This document shows, piece by piece, positions 38,872 through 47,064 of a DNA stretch of 64,000 nt (positions are counted from its first letter, which is position 1; every line of letters starts with the position of its first letter). The stretch is from Candidatus Eiseniibacteriota bacterium (GTDB taxonomy: Bacteria > Eisenbacteria > RBG-16-71-46 > JABDJR01). Under the pieces are notes generated by a model. It was not told where the DNA came from, made no database searches, and worked only from the letters and a program-made list of their open reading frames with translations. Position numbers and translations under genes: made by a program. The stretch spans positions 448,001 to 512,000 of the forward strand of contig CAVXKA010000001.1 of the NCBI GenBank assembly GCA_963762255.1, in the 5' to 3' direction.

Positions 38872-39528
38872 CTTCCTCTTCCACTCACCCGCCAACTGCT
38901 GGAGAAAGTACGCCGCTTCTGCTGAAAGGTCCCACTGATCCTCGATGCCGACCAGGGCACCCGACAGCAGATCTAGCAAACCATCCATATGTCGTGCAAA
39001 CCCGACCACGTTGATTACGAAGTGCTTGGGCAAGGACGGGTTCATCCTGGTATCGACTGGATATCGAAACGTAAACGACAATGGATCCACTTCGTCAAGA
39101 GATCTAACGAGAGCTTCGAACTCTGCCCAGCTTGCGACACCCGAGACCTCACAGTCCCATTTCCAGTCCATTGCGCCAAACACAGTAGCCAGCACTGGAA
39201 GAAAGGGAACCAGCCTGTGCTTTCCAAACACCCTACTCAGGTCAGTCTGTTCGTCCGAGATCAAGCCAAGAAGCTGCTCGCCGCGGAACGCGATCGCTTT
39301 GAAGTAGAGCTCCATGGAGTGCCTGTACAAGAACAGAATCGGATAACCTTCGTAGTCTGCGTGACCGTGTGACTCGGCAAGCCGAGTGGCAAGGATCTTC
39401 CCCGCATCATGGTAGCCATGCGCAAATGCACCGAGCTGAACAGATGTAGTCCCCGAGAAATTGAAGACAACGTTTCCATGTTGATGGTCCGGGCCAAAGA
39501 CTGGGTGAATCTCTGAAGCGTGCGTCAC
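38866..39528 (-). CDS. HEPN-superfamily-like hypothetical cassette protein
   Basis: YPILFLYRHSMELYFK, KHRL, DPLSFTFRYP. Confidence 0.65.
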   Translation of the reverse strand: MTHASEIHPVFGPDHQHGNVVFNFSGTTSVQLGAFAHGYHDAGKILATRLAESHGHADYEGYPILFLYRHSMELYFKAIAFRGEQLLGLISDEQTDLSRVFGKHRLVPFLPVLATVFGAMDWKWDCEVSGVASWAEFEALVRSLDEVDPLSFTFRYPVDTRMNPSLPKHFVINVVGFARHMDGLLDLLSGALVGIEDQWDLSAEAAYFLQQLAGEWKRKT

Positions 39529-39541
39529 ATTGTGCTCCGAA

Positions 39542-39640
39542 ACTTAACCCCTCACCGCTCAACTGCACCCCGCGCGGCTACCTGCCTTTGCGTCTTTGCC
39601 TTCCCCCCGCGCGGGCGGCGGCTGCAGCGGGAGGTGAGAT
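39542..39640 (-). repeat. attC site with mutated R'' (ATCTCAC)
   Basis: Minus strand ATCTCAC ctcccgctgcagccg...gcagttgagcggtgaggg GTTAAGT. Confidence 0.75.
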
Positions 39641-40192
39641 TCCAAACCGCACCGGTGGTGTGTTCTCAGTTATCCACTGGTGCACCATGTCACACTTCGC
39701 GCGTATCCGTTGGAAGTTCCGCGGTTCTCTAATGTCTTCCAAGACTTGCCGGATATCCGGAAATCCTGCCGGCAGTGACCGCTCCGCCGGCGCAGCTTGG
39801 AGGTTTGGAAAACCCTTGTGGACGATGATATGCCGCGCGGTCAGAACAAACCGCAGTGCATCAAGGACATCCGTCGGCATGACTGAAGCAGCCCTCTCTT
39901 CCAACTTTGCGTACGGGAGGTCGAAGACCATCTGATCACTGAACGAGTCGTTTGCGAAGTACGAGAAGCGCAACCTCTGGGCGATGTATTCAGAGGACAT
40001 CAAGAGCCATGCCACGAACACACCAGCATCCGAAAGATGCCGATGGTTCTCCTTGGCCACCTGCTCTTCAAGCTGCTTGATCCAACAACCCCAGTGGTCG
40101 TCATTGCCCAGGGCTTTTGCCCCGTCCCACCGCGCAGCCTCCGGAGCTTGAATCTCCTCGATGTCTTCCTTTCGAGCCGACTCGCGATTCAT
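39578..40192 (-). CDS. HEPN-like cassette protein (reads through into attC)
   Basis: GGAGAGG RBS; LTARHIIVHKG (R-x4-H). Confidence 0.65.
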   Translation of the reverse strand: MNRESARKEDIEEIQAPEAARWDGAKALGNDDHWGCWIKQLEEQVAKENHRHLSDAGVFVAWLLMSSEYIAQRLRFSYFANDSFSDQMVFDLPYAKLEERAASVMPTDVLDALRFVLTARHIIVHKGFPNLQAAPAERSLPAGFPDIRQVLEDIREPRNFQRIRAKCDMVHQWITENTPPVRFGISPPAAAAARAGGRQRRKGR

Positions 40193-40210
40193 CGACCTCT
40201 CCACTTAGGA

Positions 40211-40275
40211 ATCTAACGTGCTGCCAGTCAGCCGTGCCCGCGACGACCGGCCTCCCGAGCATTCTACACCACTGA
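40211..40275 (-). repeat. Partial attC (long family, R' half)
   Basis: + strand ATCTAAC-GTGCTGCCAGTCAGCCGTGCCCGCGACGAC, near-identical to the copy at 42510. Confidence 0.6.
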
Positions 40276-40452
40276 CCATTGCCACCCGGTTTGGTGGCTC
40301 CAAGCAGACCATGTTCGCCAAGATGCACGAGTTCGACTTGGCGTTCATCGAGGTGCTGGTGGACCGGAGAACGGGCAGGACGTTGTGGAAGGCGACCCCA
40401 TAGCGGCACCGGCGGCCGAAGGCCAGCACTACGCCGGCGGTGACAGAGTCAG

Positions 40453-40869
40453 TCAGCTCGCCGACTCGGTCTCCAGGTCCCGTTTCAGAACGATCTGGAT
40501 AGTGATATCGAAATAGGTCAGGCAGTCGCGGTAGCGCCGCTGGCCCTTCGGGGAGCCTTCATAGCCCTCACAGTGTTCCAGGAACTTCTGCTCACGCTGA
40601 CCGTTCGTGATCATTCGGTGAACGAGCATGCCGATCTCAACACCCCCCCCATAGCATTGGGGATTCCTGCAATCAATCGCACCCCGGAAGTTCTTCTCCG
40701 TGAAATGTAGTTGGCGCCCGGTCGGTCGCCCAAGCACTGATTCAGAAACCTCAACGGACAGGTGGGCAATCGTGGGATAGGCCTCCGCGAATGTATTGGC
40801 GCGCGGGGCAAACGGACGATCCACATTGCGAAGCAGGTCCGTGAGCTTGTCTCTCCTCGAGGAACTCAT
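40453..40869 (-). CDS. Cys-containing (zinc-binding?) hypothetical cassette protein
   Basis: GAGG RBS; DCRNPQC, CEGYEG, RDC. Confidence 0.65.
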   Translation of the reverse strand: MSSSRRDKLTDLLRNVDRPFAPRANTFAEAYPTIAHLSVEVSESVLGRPTGRQLHFTEKNFRGAIDCRNPQCYGGGVEIGMLVHRMITNGQREQKFLEHCEGYEGSPKGQRRYRDCLTYFDITIQIVLKRDLETESAS

Positions 40870-41004
40870 TCATGTCCTCACTTCCACAGGTCCTGCACGT
40901 CTCTCCTCCCGCGCCAAAGACATTGGCACCGGATTGAAGCAGCATTCCGTGAGTGTGGCAAGTCTGTGGCCGCATCGGCGTCGCTCAGCAGGAGAAGCGG
41001 GGCC

Positions 41005-41100
41005 ACGCAGCCTCCCACCGGTCAGCCGCGCCCGCGACGACCGGCCACTGACCTGCATTCCGCTCCCCATGAGCGGGCGGGACTGAAGCGGTCGTTAGGC
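41005..41100 (-). repeat. attC site (long family)
   Basis: Minus strand GCCTAAC gaccgcttcag...gtcgtcgcgggcgcggctgaccgg...; R' degenerate. Confidence 0.7.
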
Positions 41101-41105
41101 AGATG

Positions 41106-41759
41106 CTAGCCAATGCGGCGGTACTCCCCTTCGAAAGACACGTTCATTCCGAAGTAGCCCACGATGTACTTCTCGGTAGCGATGAGTCGATCGCCATCGA
41201 ATTGGAGTTCCAGGCGGTACTCGTCACCACCCAGGCTCGCGTCCGAGAACACTGCACGGTCGTCACGCACTTCCGCCTCAAAATCCAATTCACCAAGGTT
41301 CGGCCCGTACTCGCGAGTCTTGCCCCACACTGCCATGCCAGTCACCCGCACATCCCCATTCAGGAGGGTGCTGACCTGAAGTTCTGCGCTCGAGAAATCG
41401 CCTTCACGAACGTAGTGCCCCGACGCATCACCCTTGCCGCGGATAGTAGCCTTGCCGATCGCGACCGGTTGATTCCATGCCCGTTCGATCACCTCGTGCA
41501 GGTCCCTGCGAAAACGCCTCGCCTCTTGTGGCGTCAGACCTTTGCTTTGACTTGTCCGACTGTCGTACTGATCGTGATGCTCGAAACACATGAACGCCAG
41601 GTTGTCCATGTCGTTGTTGTCGTTGCGGCCATCGAGGTGCGCGATCTGACCCGACTTGATGTCGAGATCGCGGTTGAGCCCGTAACATATGCAGCATCGT
41701 CGACGGCAGAGGACCAGAACGTTCTCCTCTGTGTCCGAAGGGATTCTCTTTCTAGCCAT
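41106..41759 (-). CDS. HNH endonuclease fused to a C-terminal beta-rich domain
   Basis: RRCCIC, QIAHLD, NN..DNL..MC..HHD. Confidence 0.8.
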   Translation of the reverse strand: MARKRIPSDTEENVLVLCRRRCCICYGLNRDLDIKSGQIAHLDGRNDNNDMDNLAFMCFEHHDQYDSRTSQSKGLTPQEARRFRRDLHEVIERAWNQPVAIGKATIRGKGDASGHYVREGDFSSAELQVSTLLNGDVRVTGMAVWGKTREYGPNLGELDFEAEVRDDRAVFSDASLGGDEYRLELQFDGDRLIATEKYIVGYFGMNVSFEGEYRRIG

Positions 41760-41775
41760 CTTAGGGACCCCGTCT

Positions 41776-41871
41776 GCCTTACATGTCGCCGCTCAACCGC
41801 AACGACCGATCGACCCTCAATGCTGGATTCTACTCCCCAGGAGTGGGGGCGGCTGAAGCGGACCGTCAGGC
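41776..41871 (-). repeat. attC site (long family, cores GCCTGAC/GTAAGGC)
   Basis: Imperfect palindrome with ccgcttcagccgc / gcggttgagcgg L boxes. Confidence 0.7.
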
Positions 41872-41881
41872 TATTGGATAC

Positions 41882-42136
41882 TCATGCAATCAGGTTCCGG
41901 ATGGCTTGGCGAGTTGGCTCGTCTCCAACGACTGTTGCCAACCGCCGCTCCAAAGCCTGGGCATACTCCGGTGCCGCGCGGCCTGAAGATACAATCAAGA
42001 GAGCCAACCGCAATTCGTCGATCAGCCTCCACTCCTCTGCCGTGATACCGGATGGGTCCTTGCGTCCGGCGACGGCAAAGCCATCGATGTCCCCGCCGAA
42101 CTTCCTGTAGGTGGCGACCTTTTCGGGTGTCAACAT
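41882..42136 (-). CDS. Small hypothetical cassette protein (84 aa)
   Basis: ATG 11 bp after the GTTAGGC core; MLTPEKVATYRKFGGDIDG. Confidence 0.6.
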   Translation of the reverse strand: MLTPEKVATYRKFGGDIDGFAVAGRKDPSGITAEEWRLIDELRLALLIVSSGRAAPEYAQALERRLATVVGDEPTRQAIRNLIA

Positions 42137-42147
42137 AGCGTGAAACA

Positions 42148-42209
42148 GCCTAACGCCTTGCCGATCAGCGGCCGGCCGCAGGCCGGGCCGCTGCATCGGC
42201 TTGTTGGGC
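42148..42209 (-). repeat. Canonical short attC site (62 bp)
   Basis: Minus strand GCCCAAC AAGCCGATGCAGCGGCCCGGCCTGCGGCCGGCCGCTGATCGGCAAGGC GTTAGGC. Confidence 0.92.
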
Positions 42210-42257
42210 GGCCTACGCGCAGTTTCTCAGAAGAAGGGGCCGCCCGCACTCTCTGGC

Positions 42258-42425
42258 TCAGTTATGGTCCGCCTTCGAATGCCCACAGAGCTTTTTCGTG
42301 GGCGGACGGATGTTGATGCACTTCTCGGGACTGCCGGAATCCGACCTCCAGCTCGGGCAGCTGCATTCCTTGCATCCGCCTGCAGCCTTGTCTTTCCCAG
42401 CGCCCTCTTTCTTGGTCTCGGACAT
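42258..42425 (-). CDS. 55-aa Cys/His-rich microprotein cassette
   Basis: RBS AGAAAGGAG; MSETKKEGAGKDKAAGGCKECSCPSWRSDSGSPEKCINIRPPTKKLCGHSKADHN; not in the ORF track. Confidence 0.7.
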   Translation of the reverse strand: MSETKKEGAGKDKAAGGCKECSCPSWRSDSGSPEKCINIRPPTKKLCGHSKADHN

Positions 42426-42509
42426 CGTGATCTCCTTTCTTACTGAATCGGGCGACTTGTGATCCGATCAGTGACAGCACGAGGCAAGTCTCCTCAAGGT
42501 CAGTAGCCC

Positions 42510-42610
42510 GCCCAACGTGCTGCCGGTCAGCCGCGCCCGCGACGACGGGCCCCCTTCAAAGCCCTATTCTACCCCCACGAGCAGGCGACGATCCTGGTGG
42601 CATCCTAGCC
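42510..42610 (-). repeat. attC site (long family)
   Basis: R' GTTGGGC is the exact complement of the next cassette's R'' GCCCAAC at 42209; its own R'' is degenerate. Confidence 0.65.
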
Positions 42611-43237
42611 TGTCTTCTGCGCGTAGAAGAACGCTACGTCCCGTGCAATCCGTTCAGACCGAGCGCATTTGGCCGAGCCGATTTCCAGCCCAAGTGCTTG
42701 CTCGAATTGCTTCTTCTTCGGCGCAATCCACGGCCGGCCATTCCGATTCGTCTGATGCTGATAGAGCACGAGAAGGTCGCGCGGAATCAGTGCCGCCCAG
42801 ATGGCCCAGACCTCCGATTCAAGAATGTGCTTCAGACTCGGAGACTCAGGAGCCAGGCCAGTATCGGGGTCAAGAAGGACAACCGTCGTACTCCCACTCT
42901 CACGGGCTTGGATGGCTTCTAGGACAGCCCGTTGGTAGGTTCCGCGATCCTCGAATGTCATATCAAGGACTCCGATTGAAAGTTGGGCGCGAATGAAGCT
43001 CGTGAGCCCTGAAGCGCGCCGGATGTCTCGGAAGTGCTGCAGAACAGCGTCGGGCATCTTCACGGATACATCACCGATACTGAGGGAGGGCCATTGTCCA
43101 GGGCCGAGGCCCTTCCATTCGGTTGGCCTATGGTAGGCAACGTGAAGGATGCGGGAGGCTTGGTGAAGCTGTGCAAGGTGAATGAGCACGCCCCATTTCA
43201 CGAGGTCCTTGTTGTCGCCATACCACTGATCTTGCAT
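42605..43237 (-). CDS. Hypothetical protein, possible SAM-dependent methyltransferase-like fold
   Basis: GGGAG RBS; QWYGDNKDLVKW, VLLDPDTGL, LVLYQH. Confidence 0.6.
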   Translation of the reverse strand: MQDQWYGDNKDLVKWGVLIHLAQLHQASRILHVAYHRPTEWKGLGPGQWPSLSIGDVSVKMPDAVLQHFRDIRRASGLTSFIRAQLSIGVLDMTFEDRGTYQRAVLEAIQARESGSTTVVLLDPDTGLAPESPSLKHILESEVWAIWAALIPRDLLVLYQHQTNRNGRPWIAPKKKQFEQALGLEIGSAKCARSERIARDVAFFYAQKTG

Positions 43238-43447
43238 GCTCCCACCGATGTCACCCCGGCTGAATTGGCCAGCGAGATCGCTCGCCCAGATGCCGTGCCC
43301 GCAGTATAGGCCTTCAGTACGGCTTCTGGCTTCCGGTCTTGCTACCTGCAGCCGGTGGACTCTGTCACAGTCCTGGGGCGCGGCGTTCAAGGCCCCGTCA
43401 GCTTGTGGACATTAGGCGACCGGTGCGATCTGCTTTCCTTGGGGAGG

Positions 43448-43524
43448 GGCAGCGTTTGTGCCCACTCGACTCGACTGGACATGAACCGTGTGTCTCCCGT
43501 GGGAGCCACGGAGATTCGTCTCCC
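43448..43524 (-). repeat. Right terminal inverted repeat (boxes B and A)
   Basis: 43448-43469 is the reverse complement of left box B (21/22); 43506-43524 of left box A (18/19); spacers 36 vs 34 bp. Confidence 0.8.
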
Positions 43525-43552
43525 ACTTTCTTTCAGCGTCGGGACTCGGAAG

Positions 43553-44485
43553 CTAGTCGTACATCGACTTGATCGCGCCCCAAGTCGTCAACCGCACCGG
43601 CACGGAGAGGGCCTGACAATCCGCATCCGAGCAGACCCAGCCGCAGCGTACTACGCTCCATACGCCGCCCACGTACTCACACGCACGCTCCGAGATTTGC
43701 GACAGGCCTCCTGCACACCCGACGCCGGGATAGCAGCAAGCCATCATGCCCGAGCTCCACCCCGCCTTGCACGGGTCGTCAAACACCCAAGGACATGTGC
43801 AGGCACCATGGACGTTCCAATCATTAAAGTCAGGGCCAAAGCCGATTTCTCCCAGCGAGACGAGGTCGATGCCAATCGTGTAATCGGTCCATTTTAGTTC
43901 CGTGGCCTCGCCCGCGCAGTTGATCACTTGCGCCGCGCGTTTACTCGTGTCGAGGCTGCCGATCGCGAACTTCCCGGATCCGCCGATGAGGCAGACTCCG
44001 AGCAGGACCGTGCCGTCACCCTCCGGATCCGCCGGATCGGGGTTGGTACCCACGCAGGTGGGAAACTCGATGTCGATGGTAGTACCGCTGTCGAGCCAAT
44101 CAGGAACCAAGGTCGCGTTCGCACACCACTGCGGTGGATCCAACCACGGTGCCTGTACCAACACGCCCGGGTCGCACTCGATCTTGAAGGAGACCCGCTT
44201 GAGCCCCACGGCTGTATTGATGTCGGTCGCCAGAATGTAGAGGGTATACCACGTGTCTGCCGCACCGACGACCTGGAACCCCGCGTCGTAGACCGGCGTG
44301 TCGGCGCAGCGGGAGGGAATCACTTGACTGCAGCTCCCCTCCTGGGGAATTCCCGGCACCAGATGCAGGGCGATCTTCGTCAGCTTCAGATCCCCCGGCG
44401 TCGCCAGAGCGCCCTGCGCCGCAACGAGAAAAGGCAAAGCCATAAGAGCGGCTCTGCCCAAAGTCTTCATTCTGGTGATCGGCAC
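43553..44485 (-). CDS. Secreted Cys-rich protein with C-terminal VPVRLTTWGAIKSMYD motif
   Basis: GGAGG RBS, signal peptide, apparent paralog of 11855..12619. Confidence 0.8.
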   Translation of the reverse strand: MPITRMKTLGRAALMALPFLVAAQGALATPGDLKLTKIALHLVPGIPQEGSCSQVIPSRCADTPVYDAGFQVVGAADTWYTLYILATDINTAVGLKRVSFKIECDPGVLVQAPWLDPPQWCANATLVPDWLDSGTTIDIEFPTCVGTNPDPADPEGDGTVLLGVCLIGGSGKFAIGSLDTSKRAAQVINCAGEATELKWTDYTIGIDLVSLGEIGFGPDFNDWNVHGACTCPWVFDDPCKAGWSSGMMACCYPGVGCAGGLSQISERACEYVGGVWSVVRCGWVCSDADCQALSVPVRLTTWGAIKSMYD

Positions 44486-44689
44486 TTCACGCCTCCCTCT
44501 GAGCCGAATCCCACTCCTCAGGAGGGGACGGCCACACTTGTATCAAATGGTCAATCGGTCTCCGATCCTTCCTTCTTCAGGGGGTCAAACCACGTACCGC
44601 GCCACATAGTATAGCTCCGCTTCAGATATCGGGGACAACGCTATTCCATAGGAGACGGGTCTTTTCTCCGCGAGAGTGACGGCAATCGC

Positions 44690-45550
44690 TCAGAAATTGA
44701 CCGCCACCCCGATCACCGGACCGTTGAGGTCAACATTCTCGGTGGACGTCCATCGATAACCGGCCTTCACGCTCACCACCGACCGCCGTGCCACCGCGAG
44801 CAGTGAGCAGTCGGTGATCGTGTTCCCGCCCATCGAGGCCCACGACGGGCGAAGCTCGAAACCCAGAGCGGATGTCGGGTAGACGCGAAGCGGCGTGGTC
44901 AAAGATGGGCCGGTGGTGTTCCGGTTTCCGGAGAGCGTCGCGTAGCCGTAACCGAGGTCGATCTCGACCGAACGCGAGAACGACATGCGGTAGAGGAAGT
45001 GCGCCCGCGTGATCGTCATCACGTCCTCGGGGCGGCGCTCGCGATACCCGATCCTGCGAACCTCGATGGCGATCGGACCGTAACCCGCTTCGGCGCGCAC
45101 CTCGGTGGCGGACACATCACCGCCGCTGTCCTGCATCTGACCATCCACGGATACGAACGGGATCAGCGGTTCGCCGACGGCGCGCATCGGGAACTCGCTC
45201 GCCCACTCATCGGACGAGGAGCCCTGCACGCGTACCCAACTCCCCACACCCCCATAAACGCTGCTCCAGAGGGAAGCCCGCCCGAGTTCCAAGAAGAACG
45301 CGATCCCGAAGTCATCGCCTTCGTCGCAGTCACAGTCGCCGCGATGGTGGCCCCGACCGCACCCACTGCGTTCGTCCCCGTGATCGCGATCCCGGTCTCT
45401 CCCGGAGCGGGTGGCTTCTTCCTCGAAGCGAGCGAGCGTACCCTTCTCGCGTTTCTTTGTGGCGTGCTTCCCCAAATCCTCGGCCAACAAGACCCCGGGC
45501 GCGCCGGCAAGTAGCGAGAACACCAGGGCCAGGAACGCTATCCATCGCAT
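44690..45550 (-). CDS. Putative outer-membrane beta-barrel protein
   Basis: Signal peptide, amphipathic strands, C-terminal Phe. Confidence 0.65.
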   Translation of the reverse strand: MRWIAFLALVFSLLAGAPGVLLAEDLGKHATKKREKGTLARFEEEATRSGRDRDRDHGDERSGCGRGHHRGDCDCDEGDDFGIAFFLELGRASLWSSVYGGVGSWVRVQGSSSDEWASEFPMRAVGEPLIPFVSVDGQMQDSGGDVSATEVRAEAGYGPIAIEVRRIGYRERRPEDVMTITRAHFLYRMSFSRSVEIDLGYGYATLSGNRNTTGPSLTTPLRVYPTSALGFELRPSWASMGGNTITDCSLLAVARRSVVSVKAGYRWTSTENVDLNGPVIGVAVNF

Positions 45551-45699
45551 GACGACCTCCCGGTGAGAGCACCCGGGAGAGAATCACGATTCATGCCACG
45601 GGACGGGGCCCTGCGGCAGCCGCGGGCCGCCCGCGTGTCGCACCAGTCCCACAAGGTGTGGCCCTCGTGCGACACGCGAAGTGCCGCGAAGCGCGCCGT

Positions 45700-47052
45700 C
45701 TAGTGCGCGATCACCGATCCAAACACCGGCGAGCGCTGCAACGCCTCGATCGCCGCATCCGAGAGCGTGCCCCAGCCGACAACCGCCGGCTTGGCGCCGT
45801 TGCCCGCCGAAACACCCGCCATCTGTCGCAGATCCACCAGCGGGATTGCGGCACCGTAGGCCTCGTTGATCGTCCGGATCGTCTCGTTGGCGAGAAGCGC
45901 GCTACCGAGATCGGTCGGGTGAATCCCGTCCAGACCGATCACCCCACCGCTCACGAACTCCGTGGTGTAGTCGAGTCCGCCTACCTTGATCCCCTCGACG
46001 GTCGCCTGATGCAGCAGCTCACCCATCCCCACGACGGGGATCCCGTGCTCGGCGGCTACCGTCGTGACGACATGGTTGAACTCGATCACCCGCTGGTTGA
46101 TCAGGCCTAGCTCGGTGCTGTTCAAGACCACCACGTCGGGGAGCGGCGTCCCCGCGCCGCCCAGGGCCACCGGGATCCCGATCCCCTGGCGCATGAGCGA
46201 GATCGCCCCGATCGTGACCAGGTCGGTGAGCGCGAGCGGTCCGTCCGGCCCGATCAACGGCACGAGCTGTCCGCCCACGATCACCGGCAGGCTGGTCGCG
46301 GGATTCACCACGACCGGCGGCACCGTGGTCGCGAAGGGAATGCTGGTCACCCCCGGCACGTCGTAGACCACGAGCTTCGGGGCCGAAGGCAACGCAAGCA
46401 GCGTCGTGATGAGCTGCCGGTAGTTGGCCTCGAAGGTGGCCACCGCCGGCGGCGTGGTGTCGGAGGTGACCGCTCCCAGCACCTCGTTGGCGCCCAACTC
46501 CACAACGACGAAGGTGGGTGCGAGCGACGACGCCAGATACAACATCGTCCCCTGTCCCCGCATCACCAGATTGAAGTAGGGATTCGCCCCGGAAGTGACC
46601 GTGTTCAGGGCGTCGGCCACGGTCGCTCCCGGCACCGCGAGATCGTTGTAGGCTGCCAAGTACGTCGTGTTCACCGGTGCGCCCGGCGTCAGGATCGGCT
46701 CGATCACGGCCGGGACCAGGCTCGTGAGCTGGAGCGTGCCGGCGCTTCCCGGATCTCCGTAGCCCGGAATCACGAACTCGCCGGTCTGAGCCGTGGTCGC
46801 TCCGTGCGAGACCACCTGCTTACCCAGCGCCTTGGCCAGGAGCGCGACGTGCGAGTTCACCTGCCGCGACTCGGTCAGCCCCCCGTTCTGGTAGCCGGCG
46901 GAGATGCTGGTGCCCAGCACGGCCAGCGTGGTGAAGTCCGCGCTCCCGGTGTCGACCGGAGGCGCGCTGATCGGATCGATCTTGGCGCAACCGACGGCGA
47001 GGACGGTCGCCGCCAGCGCGCACGCCATGAAAACGAAAAGTCTTCTGCGCAT
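45700..47052 (-). CDS. SGNH/GDSL hydrolase lipoprotein
   Basis: Lipobox LAVGC; LGTSISAG, LAVPGA, LGANE, DGIHP. Confidence 0.85.
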   Translation of the reverse strand: MRRRLFVFMACALAATVLAVGCAKIDPISAPPVDTGSADFTTLAVLGTSISAGYQNGGLTESRQVNSHVALLAKALGKQVVSHGATTAQTGEFVIPGYGDPGSAGTLQLTSLVPAVIEPILTPGAPVNTTYLAAYNDLAVPGATVADALNTVTSGANPYFNLVMRGQGTMLYLASSLAPTFVVVELGANEVLGAVTSDTTPPAVATFEANYRQLITTLLALPSAPKLVVYDVPGVTSIPFATTVPPVVVNPATSLPVIVGGQLVPLIGPDGPLALTDLVTIGAISLMRQGIGIPVALGGAGTPLPDVVVLNSTELGLINQRVIEFNHVVTTVAAEHGIPVVGMGELLHQATVEGIKVGGLDYTTEFVSGGVIGLDGIHPTDLGSALLANETIRTINEAYGAAIPLVDLRQMAGVSAGNGAKPAVVGWGTLSDAAIEALQRSPVFGSVIAH

Positions 47053-47064
47053 GGTGGTCCTCCT

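Larger units (their letters stand above)
37527..43237 (-). mobile_element. Integron cassette array lacking an integrase (CALIN), ~9 cassettes
   Basis: Co-oriented unrelated short ORFs separated by RYYYAAC...GTTRRRY imperfect palindromes; matching core sites at cassette ends; no IntI in the window. Confidence 0.85.
14882..43524. mobile_element. ~28.6 kb accessory/defence island bounded by bipartite inverted repeats
   Basis: IR blocks at both ends, partly lower GC, three recombinases, replication and terminase genes, defence cargo, cassette array. Confidence 0.65.

Noticed and set aside
37500-43300. CRISPR array
   Set aside because: Repeats are long, degenerate and separated by whole genes; no cas genes; fits attC
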